Positions 39,185-50,190 of a stretch of 64,000 nt of DNA are shown here, piece after piece. A program made the position numbers and the translations under genes. Each line of letters opens with the position of its first letter. The stretch's first letter is position 1. The notes beneath the pieces are model-generated. The model was not told where the DNA came from. It saw nothing but the letters and a program-made list of their open reading frames with translations, and made no database searches. Origin of the DNA: Squalus acanthias (Eukaryota); NCBI GenBank assembly GCA_030390025.1, contig CM059432.1:96660001-96724000 (forward strand). The letters are read 5' to 3'.

Positions 39185-40981
39185 TCATAAGTCTGCGTTG
39201 AGTGGGGCAAATGGGGTTAGAGCACCAGTGGCGGTGGCTACTTTCCCTGGGCCGTTTACTAGAGCTCGGATCGCAGCCACGACCGAGTCTAACGTGGGGG
39301 AAGAGGTCGGTGCTTCGGTGCTTGGGGCAGGAGCTGGGGAGTTCTTCCCTATGTTATCCTTCCACGGATTCCTACAGTCTTTTCTCCAATGCCCACTCTT
39401 CCCGCACCCGAAGCAGTTACGCTTCGTGTCGAAAGGGTTACCCCCTTCCTGGTGCCACTCTTTCTTTTTACTAGGCCTTAATTCTGGTACCTTTCCCTTA
39501 GGTGGGTGCTCCTCTGTCCCTCTACTGTTCCGGTAAGCCAGGGTCAGTTGTCTGACCACTGTCTCCTCGGTGACCCGGGGGTCTTTAGGGTCAAACCACA
39601 GCTCAGCCTTGGCCCTGATCCATGGCAAGCTGTTTGCCACTAGGCTTCGGAGCCAGTGGGCCAGCTCATCCTGATTCAGGTGAGCCCGGTCGAGAACTCC
39701 ATTACAGGCACTCCTGTACACAGGCCACAGTCGGTCTGGCTGGGTTGTCTTCTCCACCCGGGAGAAGGGACTGCCATCATTCATTCCCATGGCCTCCAGG
39801 ACTCCCTCCTGGATAGCGGCGTATCCATCCTGCCCTCTTTTACTCTCTGCGGAGAGGGACTGGTAGATTTTGCTATCCAGGGAGAACAGGAGCATTTTTG
39901 CCATCTCGGCATCATCGCAGTCGTTGATGCCCGCTGCCTGTTCCACTTCCATGAAGTGGACCGAGGGGTCCCCTTCTTGAGTGAGCTTACTCAGGTGGCT
40001 TACCATAGCCCTAAGCTGTTGAGTGCCGTGGGGAGCCACGAATTGGCTTTCAAGGGGTCCTTGACTCCCACCACCTCTGGGCGGGCCAAACCTTTGCTGC
40101 CGGACCGGGCACATCGGCCCTGGCTCCGACCTTTCCTGCATTGGTTCGCCCACCCCTCCCTGCTGCCAAACCGAGTTAAAACCCGGCGCCACAGGTGGTG
40201 GTGGTGTGCACTCTCTGCCGGCTTCACAAATCGTCCATCCCTCCTGCTGCCAAACCGGGTCGTTCCCCGGTGCCACAGGTGGCGTCAGAACAGTTTCCCC
40301 TTGCACTTCCAGGTCTACCCGGGCCGCACCCAGGCTTAGTAGGCATACCATGCCTTTCGCCCTGGACAGAGCAAGGTTCAAACTCTCAATTTGTTTCTGG
40401 CAGGGGCTGTGATCTCCTGCCTCATACACCCTAGTGCCCGCTATCTTGTAAGCTGCCTGGACGTCTCTCAACCTCTCCTCCTGCTCTCTTACTTGTTTGG
40501 CCAGGCGGGCGTTCTCTTCCTGCAACACCAGTTCACTGGTTTTTGCTTCGGTGACCTGACACTGAAAATATTCCTGCCTGTTTCTATGTGTTTCCACTAA
40601 CTGCATCTTTTCCTGATTTCGGGTGGTTAATTCTGCTAATAATGCCTCCCCTGCTAGAGCTCTTGCGTGAGACATTTGAGCTGATTCCCGCAGCTCTGCT
40701 TTAAGTGCCTCAACACGTTTGTCTAAAAGCTGGATCTGTCGCAGGGAGCATACCAACCAGATGGCTTTTTCCACAGATTTCTTGTGGTCCTTGCTCTCAG
40801 TCCACTTGGCTGCAGTGTCCATTGGACGCTCAGCGCGCAACAGACTGAGTACCCACTTCTTAGTTATATTCACTTTCCTGAACACATAAGAGGAAATCCT
40901 CGCTTCCATCTTAGTTCTCTCCTCAAAAACAGTGTCCACTGCATCACATCCCTTTTGCCAAGCTCCTGCCATGGTTGCCAT
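39185..40981 (-). CDS. gag: Gag, ~598 aa from the ATG at 40981
   Basis: Intact ORF (track: 620 aa from an upstream start inside the LTR). N-terminal coiled-coil-like region, capsid-like middle, CCHC knuckle CFGCGKSGHWRKDC. Confidence 0.9.
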   Translation of the reverse strand: MATMAGAWQKGCDAVDTVFEERTKMEARISSYVFRKVNITKKWVLSLLRAERPMDTAAKWTESKDHKKSVEKAIWLVCSLRQIQLLDKRVEALKAELRESAQMSHARALAGEALLAELTTRNQEKMQLVETHRNRQEYFQCQVTEAKTSELVLQEENARLAKQVREQEERLRDVQAAYKIAGTRVYEAGDHSPCQKQIESLNLALSRAKGMVCLLSLGAARVDLEVQGETVLTPPVAPGNDPVWQQEGWTICEAGRECTPPPPVAPGFNSVWQQGGVGEPMQERSEPGPMCPVRQQRFGPPRGGGSQGPLESQFVAPHGTQQLRAMVSHLSKLTQEGDPSVHFMEVEQAAGINDCDDAEMAKMLLFSLDSKIYQSLSAESKRGQDGYAAIQEGVLEAMGMNDGSPFSRVEKTTQPDRLWPVYRSACNGVLDRAHLNQDELAHWLRSLVANSLPWIRAKAELWFDPKDPRVTEETVVRQLTLAYRNSRGTEEHPPKGKVPELRPSKKKEWHQEGGNPFDTKRNCFGCGKSGHWRKDCRNPWKDNIGKNSPAPAPSTEAPTSSPTLDSVVAAIRALVNGPGKVATATGALTPFAPLNADL

Positions 40982-40983
40982 TA

Positions 40984-42472
40984 TGTACGGGGTGGTGTTT
41001 TGTGTCAGCTTCACCTCTGACTTCTGAGCAGTTCGAATCGCTCCCACTCCCTTGGTTCTAGACCTTGGACCTATTTGGGGGTTGTGACAAAAAGTGCAGC
41101 AGACAACTGGTTTTGATGCAAGAACTTTAATCTTTATTCAAGAAAGTAAAACACAACACAAACACTCTTAACACTCTAAAAGTGGGGAACACTTTGGTAC
41201 AAGCGAGGGAAATAACATTTGGAGAATACTTCACCCCTCCCAATCCCACTTTACTAGCTAAGTTGAACTCTGGAGAACCAGGGATAATACTCACCAGAAT
41301 CCTTGACAGTTAGGTTAGTTCGCGGTTTTGGGGTTCACTCTGTATGTCGTTTGGTGTCTGGCGTACCCCATACGCGATAGAGGACTTCAACTGCGTATCT
41401 AGTCAGTCTTCGTGAATCCGCTGATGCGGTAGGGTGCGTATTGGATCTATCAGGTGAGTACCCACTTTTCTTTAGTTTAGAAGTAGGGTTTAGAGTTTTT
41501 TAAGGAAAATCTTACCCAGGGGTAAGTCAGGAGTAGATTGTAGAGTGGAAACTTTGCGGTTCTTCGGTTTTCTTCGAGTTGGTTTTCTTTGGTCGCGGTG
41601 GCCCAAATATTGATACTTGGTGTTTGGTTGGTTGTTTCGTGAGGGCCTTATTGCCGCGAGGTGTCCGGTGGTCACTGAGGCGGTCGTTCTGGTTTTCTTC
41701 TCGTGTCAGCCTACTTTGTTGGATGGTCTGGCCTTCGAGCTGTCGACCTCCTGGCTGGACACGGAACGCTGAACGGTGTTGGTTTAGAACTGTGTTGCGG
41801 AGAATGCCTCCGTTGATGTCTTCTTGTTCTTCCTTCCTCTTCTTCTTTTTCAGGTTGAGAACGGGCCTTCAATTATACCCATTGAAGCTCCCTTATTTGC
41901 GCGCCAAATCAGGTCTCGGTCATTGTAAGATTTTGGAGGGCTCGTCAACAGTAACTGGTTTGTAAATGTGTGAAGTGGTTTCGGGATAGCTCCATCCTGT
42001 CAATCTGTTGTTTAATTGTAGTTGAATTATCCTCATGTTTTGGGGTTTCTTGACTGGGTCTAGGATTTCTATAGAGTAAGCTGAAGTTATCTGTTTTATG
42101 CATGTCTGTAATGGGTTCTGTAAATTTGGGTGGAGACTGTTTTTCCTCAGGTATATTGTTGGGATGTTAATGTCTGCTAGGGGCTGATTTAATTCCCAGC
42201 GAGGTCATGCGGTTCCCCAGACAGTTCCCATTAACTCCAATATCCAAACTGTCTTTACAGAGGTTGAGCCCACCTTCCTTTACAACCTTTTCTCCCTTAC
42301 AAGTCCAGACATGTCTTTTAAAATACCAAATCTTGGTTTTTGCACTAAAATGTCCTTTGGTTAAGCCCAATGCATTTCACCACCTGTAATAGTTAGAAAA
42401 AGAGTCCAAAGCCTTTTTCCTCAGGGTTTGTCTTCAAGTTTTGGGGGATCTGTGAATTTTGAGAATCTTGCA
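40984..42472 (-). repeat. 5' LTR (~1489 bp)
   Basis: TGCAAGATTCTCAAAATTC ... CCCCGTACA on minus; homologous to 36224-37570. Confidence 0.88.
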
Positions 42473-44527
42473 AGGTTCAGCATCTGCATCCAGCTGAGCA
42501 GAGCTTGGAGCGTCCCGTGCTTCCAACCAGGACTCTCCACTGCTGTCCCTGTATCCACCATCTGCTCTTGCTCACTTGTGATGTGAGACACCAGGTGACA
42601 ACACTACTCTATGTCTCACAGGACCCACCGACGTGCTGGTGCTGGGTGCTCATGGGTCTGGTGACGGTGCACCCTCAGAGAATGGAGCTTCCTCTGAGGA
42701 GTCGTCTTCCTCCTCCGGCTAGACAATGGAGTGGCGGGGCGGGGGGGGGTCACTTGATGGACCTGTAGGAGCGTACCGACATGAATTAGACCTCTTATGA
42801 TAAGAATATGTAATTTTGCACATGATGATATTTCACTGGCTGCTGACATCAGTCACCATGAGTGACTGTCGTATGCCATGTTGGATATTTAATTCTGTCA
42901 CCAGGTTGCTGGGAGATCCCCCTCTCTCCATCTCCCACCGCCAGCAGCTCAGTCACTCCACTTATTTCGAGAGCATCCTCCTCTGCTGGTGTCAAATTTG
43001 TATATATTGAAGGGCCACCTCCGGTTCTTTCTCTTTCTCTCCTGTTCTGCGCTCTCTTCTCCTGCAAGGAGGGAAAGAAGAGAACTTTGAGTGAGAGTGA
43101 TGGAATGAGTGTAAGGGATGTACGGGCTACATCTGTAGAGGGTGACTATGAGGGAGTGGAGTGACATTGCCAAATGGCCTCCTTCTGTGGTGTTACTTGC
43201 TATGATTGCATTAGGCTTAGGGTGAGTGTCAGTGGTGGTTAGTCAGATGGAGATGTGAGTAGATGCACAGACAGTGAGGGGTGGGTGCACCTGCAAGGTA
43301 GGTCGGTGTGAGGAGTGACATGCAGGAGTAGGCTTGGGAAGGCAGAGTGATGGGGTTGGGGTGACACGCACAACAGGCTGTAGTTGAGTGTGGCATTGTA
43401 CTCACCTTTCCTCACCTCTTGAGATCATTAAATCTCTTGTGGCATTGAATCCAGGAGCGGCTGACAACACCCCTGCTGCTCACTTCTTGTACGATCTCCA
43501 GCCATGCCCTCTTGATTTCACTGGCTGCTCTCTTCCTGCTGCTACCAGGGAATAGGAACTCCCTCCGTGCTCTGACTCCCAGGACCAGGACTTCCAGAGA
43601 GACATCTGAGAACGTGGGCGCAGCCTTTTGTCACTGTGACTCCATCCTTGCTTGCACCCACACAAAACTCTTTGATATATAACATTAGCCACCTCTCCCA
43701 ACCACCTGTACGCCTCCTCGAACAACCTTCAACTGGGATGTGTGCAAGGCTCCTTTAAATATCTGAGTTGAAAGCGAGTCATCGGTGACATCATCAGACC
43801 GCTCCATTTAATTGGCGGGGAAACCTGCATGACTGTTTCAATTGTTCCAATTCAGTTAAACGCGCAGTGCAGAATGTGCTGTTGAAAATTTTGGGATGGC
43901 GACCCGCTACGCTGCCCGTACGCACCCGCCCCAACTCTAAGGTGAAAATTCAAGCCTATATGTTTAGGGGTGGGCAATAAATGCTGGCCTTGTAAACAAC
44001 GTGCGCATCCTGTGAACGAATAAAAACAAATGTTTTTACAGTCAAAATCCATTGGGCCGTATTTTCTGCTCGGAGGCTTCCCGCGGACGGAAGCCCCCGA
44101 CCAGCAAAAAAGATCCGCACCGACCTTAATGCTCTGGGCCCACGTATATTTCCGCTTTCTGGATGAGGACTCCTGGGCAGCGTATGACGTCACGCCGCCC
44201 AAGAGCGCAGCGTGCGCGGAGCCTAGGGCTTCGATCGTAAGGGAGACCCGCCCACAAGAGCTGTCAAAATTTATATTTGCATAGGCGACGCCCCAGATTT
44301 GTTTTAACTCTTCAGAGGCCATCAACACTGAAAGTAGCTGTGAATCTCAATGGTAAGTTCTTTCTTTATAGTTTTTTTTAAAACTTTTGTAAATTTTTAG
44401 AAACTTTTAAAGACTTTTACATGGATTTGAAGAATCTTAAATAGTTTTAAAGAGATTTCAAGCAATTTAAAGAGTTTTAAAAGCCCTGAAAACATTTTCA
44501 TTAATTTTAATTAATCAGCAAAGTGAA

Positions 44528-46206
44528 ATGGAAGGACCAAGCACAATTCACATGATTAAGAGAGCTCAGAATTTCACTGACGGTGACATCAGCACACTCC
44601 TCAATGAGGTTGTGGCGAAGTGCCCTGTGGATCATTGGGAATGAGAAGTCCAGGGCGCCGCGCAAAGGACAGATGACAGCTTGGACATAAGTTGCCCAGG
44701 CTGTCAGCGCGAACTCCACCATTCCACGGACAGCGGAACAAAACCGCAAAAAATTTAATGATTTGATGCGATCTGCCAAGGTTTGTACAGTTATTAGAAA
44801 TGTCAACTGTAGCATTTGTTTAAATTTAACTGAACTATTTTTAAAAATGTCATATATGCATGGATGTTCTAAAGTGACTTCATTATCCAGGCATCTGAGC
44901 TTTTCATGAAATTTTATGGCTTTGGGGTTAGCTCCGGGTCATCCATTGTCCTCTTATCTTTACTCCACAGCTTTGAGTTCTGAAATTTCAAATAGTGAAA
45001 AAAAACCTGTCTCCAAAGCAACTTGTGGTCCTGTCTCAAAGGCAGGTGGGTGGTCTCTGCAGAAAAAACTGCAGTTTCATGACGTTTCATATTTTCTGTT
45101 TTCATTTTAGAGTAAAATTGTTAACAACGCCAGAGAACATGCATTGACAGGCGGTGATGTTGTCACGCTAAGGGAGTTATCGGAGCAAGAGGAAAGGGTC
45201 GCGCACTTGCTTGGAATCAGTAGTGGCTGTTCAGTGCCTGCTGCCCAATCAGACATTGGGGTAAGGAAAGGTGAGTTGGTTTGCCCAGCTATATGTTTAA
45301 AACTGTTTGATGTGTGTTGAATATCAGCTTCTGTGATGTGGCAGATCGTGCTTCACCTTCATAAGTGTTTACTGTTTCCTTCCCACAGGTGGACAGCTTC
45401 CTTCTCACACACGGGATGAACTGTGCGTTGAGTCTGCGGCTGCAGAGGACATTGGGGAAGGGGTTACAGATGCAGTGGGAGCAGTAAGTGAGGTGGTGGA
45501 GGAGGAGGATGAATTTATGCTGTGTCAGCTAGTGGGAGGGGAGGGTATGGACCCTGGGTGGCTGTACAACACCTCTCCATCTCCTGACCCCTCTGGCTCT
45601 GTACCAGGCACAGATGACTGTTGTTCCACAGCCAGACACCAACCTGATACTGCAGAGCAGGTGGGAGAAGCAGCAAGACGTTCAATGCAATGGAATGACA
45701 TAGAAGCTCAGGTGCAACAGATTGAAGGGTTGAGGCAAGAGATGTGTACTCTTCATAGGAAGAAAGTTGACTCTCTTGCCTCTATCAGACAGGCAATTAA
45801 TGATGTTACTATGGCACTTGGTCATATAAACGAGTCTCTCGTTCAACTCTTGCAGTTGCTTAAAACAGTTTCTGCTGCCATTACTTTGACTCCCGCAGAA
45901 CCGCCCTTGCCTGCTCCCAGCGCAGACACAGTGCAGGCCCACGAGACAGCAGCTCCACCAATTCTGATGCAAGCAAACGTTGCCTTTCAGCAGCAGCAGC
46001 AGCAACCCTGTCACGAGGCAATTGCTGTAGGTCAAGAGATGGCACACAGGGGCCTTTCAATTGGCAGCAGAGGGCTCCGGTCACGGGGAAGGGAAAGTGC
46101 AGGAGACAGTAGGTTGTCACCTTTTGCACAATCCACCTCCTTTGACCCTCAGGCACAGATGCGAGGGGGCAAATCGTTCAATTCTTTAATGTTTCGTTTT
46201 ATTTAA
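44528..46206 (+). pseudogene. Harbinger Myb/SANT (ORF1) gene, 3 exons: 44528-44780, 45111-45270, 45389-46206
   Basis: KRAQNFTDGDISTLLNEV..VAQAVSANSTIPRTAEQNRKKFNDL. GT-AG introns join exons 2 and 3 in frame with the 243-aa ORF. Exon 1 has one frameshift and one TAA. Confidence 0.85.
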
Positions 46207-46642
46207 ATGTTAAATGCTGTCATTGCTTTTTTTATTGAATATATATTTGTGACTGAAAGTGTATGTAACAGTTTTGTTTAAAAAGTACAGCTTCTAGTCA
46301 CTTTGAAAAAAATTTCAACTTTTTTATTTGCAAAGAATTCAACATTACAACTGTTTGAAAATTAGAAAATAGCTAGTTTCCATCTTGAATGTCTTTATTG
46401 CACTAAGAAACCAAAAAAGTCACTTTAAACTGTTTACAAATTTTATTCAAAAAAATGATCTTTGCAAATATTTGCAAAATAGAAACTAGCTAGGTAACAT
46501 TTAAAAGTTAAAACTAGGAACATCAAAACTGAACCTCAAAAGTCTTTGATGCTGCAATAAAAGTTCACTGTTTCACTTTAAAATGTGTCTGTTCCTTTCT
46601 TTGCCTTGCTGGGGGAGGGGGAGGTACAAGGCGTCACTATCA

Positions 46643-47776
46643 TCACCTCGTGAAGGTGTTGGCTACTAGCAGTTCCCGAGCAGCCTTGCTTTCGGCAGCA
46701 CTTGGCTCCTCCGTGTCAGGCCTGGCCTCAGGTGCATTATCATCGTCCATGTCCTCCATTTCAGCAGGGAGCTCCTCTGCAGTGTTAAGGGTCAGTCCTT
46801 CCCGCAGGGCAAAGTTATGCAAAGCACAACAGGTCACCACAATCCTTGACATTTTAAGAGGAGAATACTGCAAGGTCCCCCCCCCGACCTGTCCAGGCAC
46901 CGGATGCGTGATTTCAGAACCCTGATTGTCCTCTCCACCACTTGCCGTGTGGACACGTGTGCCTGGTTGTATCTCTCCTGAGCCTCATTATTGGTCTTGC
47001 GGTAGGGAATCATCAGCCATGGCCTTAGCAGGTAGCCCTTGTCGCCCAATAGCCATGCGGATCCTGGAGGCAATGTGCTGAGGGTGCCATATAGGTCCGA
47101 GGACAAAGGAGTCATGAGCACTTCCCCGGTGATCTGCATTCACGTTTAGGATCCTGAGTTGCGCATCACAGACTATCATGACATTCAATGAATGAAACCC
47201 CTTCCTGTTGATGTATGCCACAGGTGCATCCAGTGGTGCCTTCAATGCAACATGGGTTCCATCGACAGACCCAATCACTTTGGGGAATCCAGCAATGCTA
47301 TAAAATGCAAGGGCCCGCTCCTTTTGATGCTGAGTGGACAAGTCAAAGTCTATGAACTCTTAAGCCCTACGGAAAATGGCATCTGTGACCTGGTGAATGC
47401 AGGCCAACGCAGCACTCTGGGAGATGTTCGAAATGCCTGCCCGAAATGACTCACTTGCAAAGAAGTTCAATGCTGTGGTTACCTTCATGTTCACTGACAA
47501 GGCAGTGCGGGTCTTCGAGCGTGTTTGAAGGTCGTCCTTTAACATGTCACATAGTCGGCCGATTGCCTCTTTACTGAAGTGCAGCCTCCTCCCACACAAC
47601 TCCTCCGACAGCATCTCAAATGACAGCCTCCCCCTGTACACGCTCTGGGGTGGGTAGTAGTTCCTCCTGATCAGGAGACGGTGATGGTTCCTCAGTCTTC
47701 TTTGTTGTTCCCTGGCTTTTTTGATTCTATGATCCACAATCGCACCGAGGATCAGGGCAACATCATCAAAGGGCAT
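46643..47776 (-). pseudogene. HARBI1-type Harbinger transposase, frameshifted
   Basis: [35 protein letters not shown] and [14 protein letters not shown] spread over four ORF fragments. Confidence 0.92.
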
Positions 47777-49063
47777 GTTTCTCCCTCACAGGCTTCTTCT
47801 AAACAGATGAAGTACTTGCAAGGAAAAAATGGAAAGAGTTCTAAAAGTAATTTTAATAAAGTGAGTGGCTAGAAATTCACGTCGGGCTATGGTGGGAAAC
47901 GTGCAGTATCGGATTGGGCACACGTCATACCCGCCTGATGAATATCACGGCTCGAGATGATTTTCTAAGAACTTTTACATTTTCACAAAATCATACATAC
48001 AATTTTTAAAGGGCATAGAAAAGTTAACATATAACTAATTCATACATTCTGGCATAATTATTTAAAACATTAGTAAATGTTAAATAATTCATTTTTAAAC
48101 AGTCATTTTCACATTTAAAAAATGAAATCTAATTCAATAGAATGCTTACCTTGCACACAGCGAGAGTTGCTCTTTAAATTAACTACACTCCTCAAAACAA
48201 GATCCAAAACCAATAAAGTATTTAACAAATTAAAGATGTTAAAACTTACCTCAGGCTTTCTGCAAAGAACTTTGCTCACTTTCACAGTTAAAAATATTCC
48301 GTTTCCAAGCCCCCTGCTGAAAAAGGTCTTCTTCCTGCAGCTCCTTCTGGTAGAATGCAGGCTGTACACCTGCTTTTACTATTCGTAGCTGTTTCGGACG
48401 TACCTGAACTCAAGCAGTTGAGAAATCATCGGAAATATGAGCCGGTAGGGCTACCTTGCCTGCGCATGCGGTTGATCTGTCAAGAAGATTCTTGACAGAT
48501 CGGAAATACCGGTTTTCAGTGCATGCGCTTTGCATGTCTGAAACCGGCATTTCCGATGTCCCTACGGGTGTGTACACAACCTGTACACACCCGTAGGCAT
48601 CGGAAAATATGGCCCAATGAAACCTTAATGTATCAAATTCTGAAGCATAACCTCAATTGGCAGGTTACTGCTCAAAGGTGCAGGTCTGAATATGAAATTA
48701 AACATTCAATAATTTTTGAACATAAATCTAATAGCCCATTTGGTCTTCTTCCAAAGATTTCCTTTTAGATCAAAGAATTACTTTTTTCAAGTTATTTATA
48801 TTCATTAAATCTCTCCTGGCTGCTGTAATGAAGTTTTTCTGACTAAAATGTTTAAATCTCCCAGTATGTTTGTAAAGCTACAAGGCAGAGAAAATGAAGG
48901 CACTCCATGCATAAAGTCATTAATAACAAATACTTTTCTGTTAAATGGTAAGTGAGGAAAATGTCCAATCTAGTTATGCTTTGAGAAATCAGTTTTATTT
49001 TCATAAATTCAAGATACACTTTATTTGTCTAATGCACGGCTCCTTTCTTAAACTGGTTACTTA

Positions 49064-49869
49064 GGGGGCGATTTTGTGAATGGGGGCGCGTTGGAGGCGG
49101 GACTGCTGCTTGTCGGGTCGATGTCCCGCATCCATCGATTTGTGGCCAACCCACGCTATTTTCCCTTGATTGACCTTGTTAAGCCCGCCCAGTGGGCTTA
49201 GCAGGCCAATTAAGGGAAAGCCGGTTGCAGAGCACGTCAACGTATGACGTTTCATCTGTCAAAAATTTTTGGCAGATGAATTGTCATCGTTTGACAGCTC
49301 TGTGAAGCTGTCAAACAGTGACATTCTCTGCAGTTTGATGAGGTCTTGAATACAAGACCCCATCAAACTTCTTTCTTTAACAGAATTGAGATGGTTGTTG
49401 TATCTGTGAATGCAACGGCCATCTGTCATTCCCAACGCGGAGGTCTGAGACTCTTCGCATACAAACCGACTGAAGCCTGCAGGAAGAAACAAAGGTAAGT
49501 ACACTTTTAAAAACACTTTGCACTTAACTCAGATACTCACCTCTACACTCTTGTACCCATCACTTACCTTCACACCACACTTTTGCACCCCCGCAGACCC
49601 AGTACTCGCCTTACCTCGCTGCCGTGTTTTGGAGCCTTCGGGAAGCCCGCACGTGAGGGCAAAAACGGGATAATCCTATGTTCTGCCTATTAACTACCTG
49701 TTAACTACTTCCAAGGAGATGGGACCCGGCGCGGGACGGCTACCTGCCTCCTGGGAAGATGGCATGGAGGCGGGTTGGGGGCGGGTTGGGCACCCGCCCC
49801 CAAATTCTGCCATTTTCCCGGCAGTCCTGCCTCCATACCCACCTCCCCAGGGCTGGCAAAATCGCTCCT
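49064..49869. mobile_element. Harbinger-type MITE
   Basis: GGGGGCGATTTTG / CAAAATCGCTCCT with TTA TSD. Shares GTTAAGCCCGCCCAG with the element starting at 63237. Confidence 0.7.
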
Positions 49870-50190
49870 TTAGTACCTGACTGTTAACTGTACAATATTG
49901 AACTTGTTCTGGTTTATGTGTTGCCACTATAACTGACAGCAAATGTTCCTCTCTTTGAATTGAATGTATTCTTTTATTGCTACTTATGTTGTTCATGTAA
50001 ACTGGCTTAATAGCCCTTGATGTACATATAAATAGTTTATCCTGTTTAGTGCGGTTGATTCTCAGAATATTTGTGTCAAGAAGGGAGACAAAGGGCATAT
50101 GCTATATAGTGTCAGCTTAGCTCCGTTGATAGCACTTTTGCCTTTCAGTCAGCAGGTTCAAACCCCATTCTAAAGACTTGAGAACATATT

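Larger units (their letters stand above)
36224..42472 (-). mobile_element. Long-LTR retroelement, pol largely deleted (Gag-only)
   Basis: Two long homologous repeats with TG..CA ends, PPT GAGGGGGGAC immediately before the 3' LTR, PBS-like TGGCAACCATGGCAGGA after the 5' LTR, gag ORF and pol remnants. Confidence 0.9.
35223..43956 (-). mobile_element. Myb/SANT-only Harbinger derivative interrupted by an LTR element
   Basis: TIRs GGCCGGAATTTTCAC / GTGAAAATTCAAGCC with TAT TSD. Myb exons on minus at ~43405-43640, ~42900-43066 (QEKRAQNRRERERTGGGP) and ~42480-42765, continuing below 36219. Confidence 0.85.
44054..48615. mobile_element. Near full-length decayed PIF/Harbinger transposon
   Basis: TIRs GGGCCGTATTTTC / GAAAATATGGCCC; convergent Myb gene (+) and transposase (-). 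Confidence 0.92.

Noticed and set aside
14752..48618. Reciprocal AAT/ATT flank mismatches at two Harbinger elements as evidence of a large rearrangement
   Set aside because: The host LINE is colinear across 14755-15476, so single substitutions in a 3-bp TSD are the simpler explanation.
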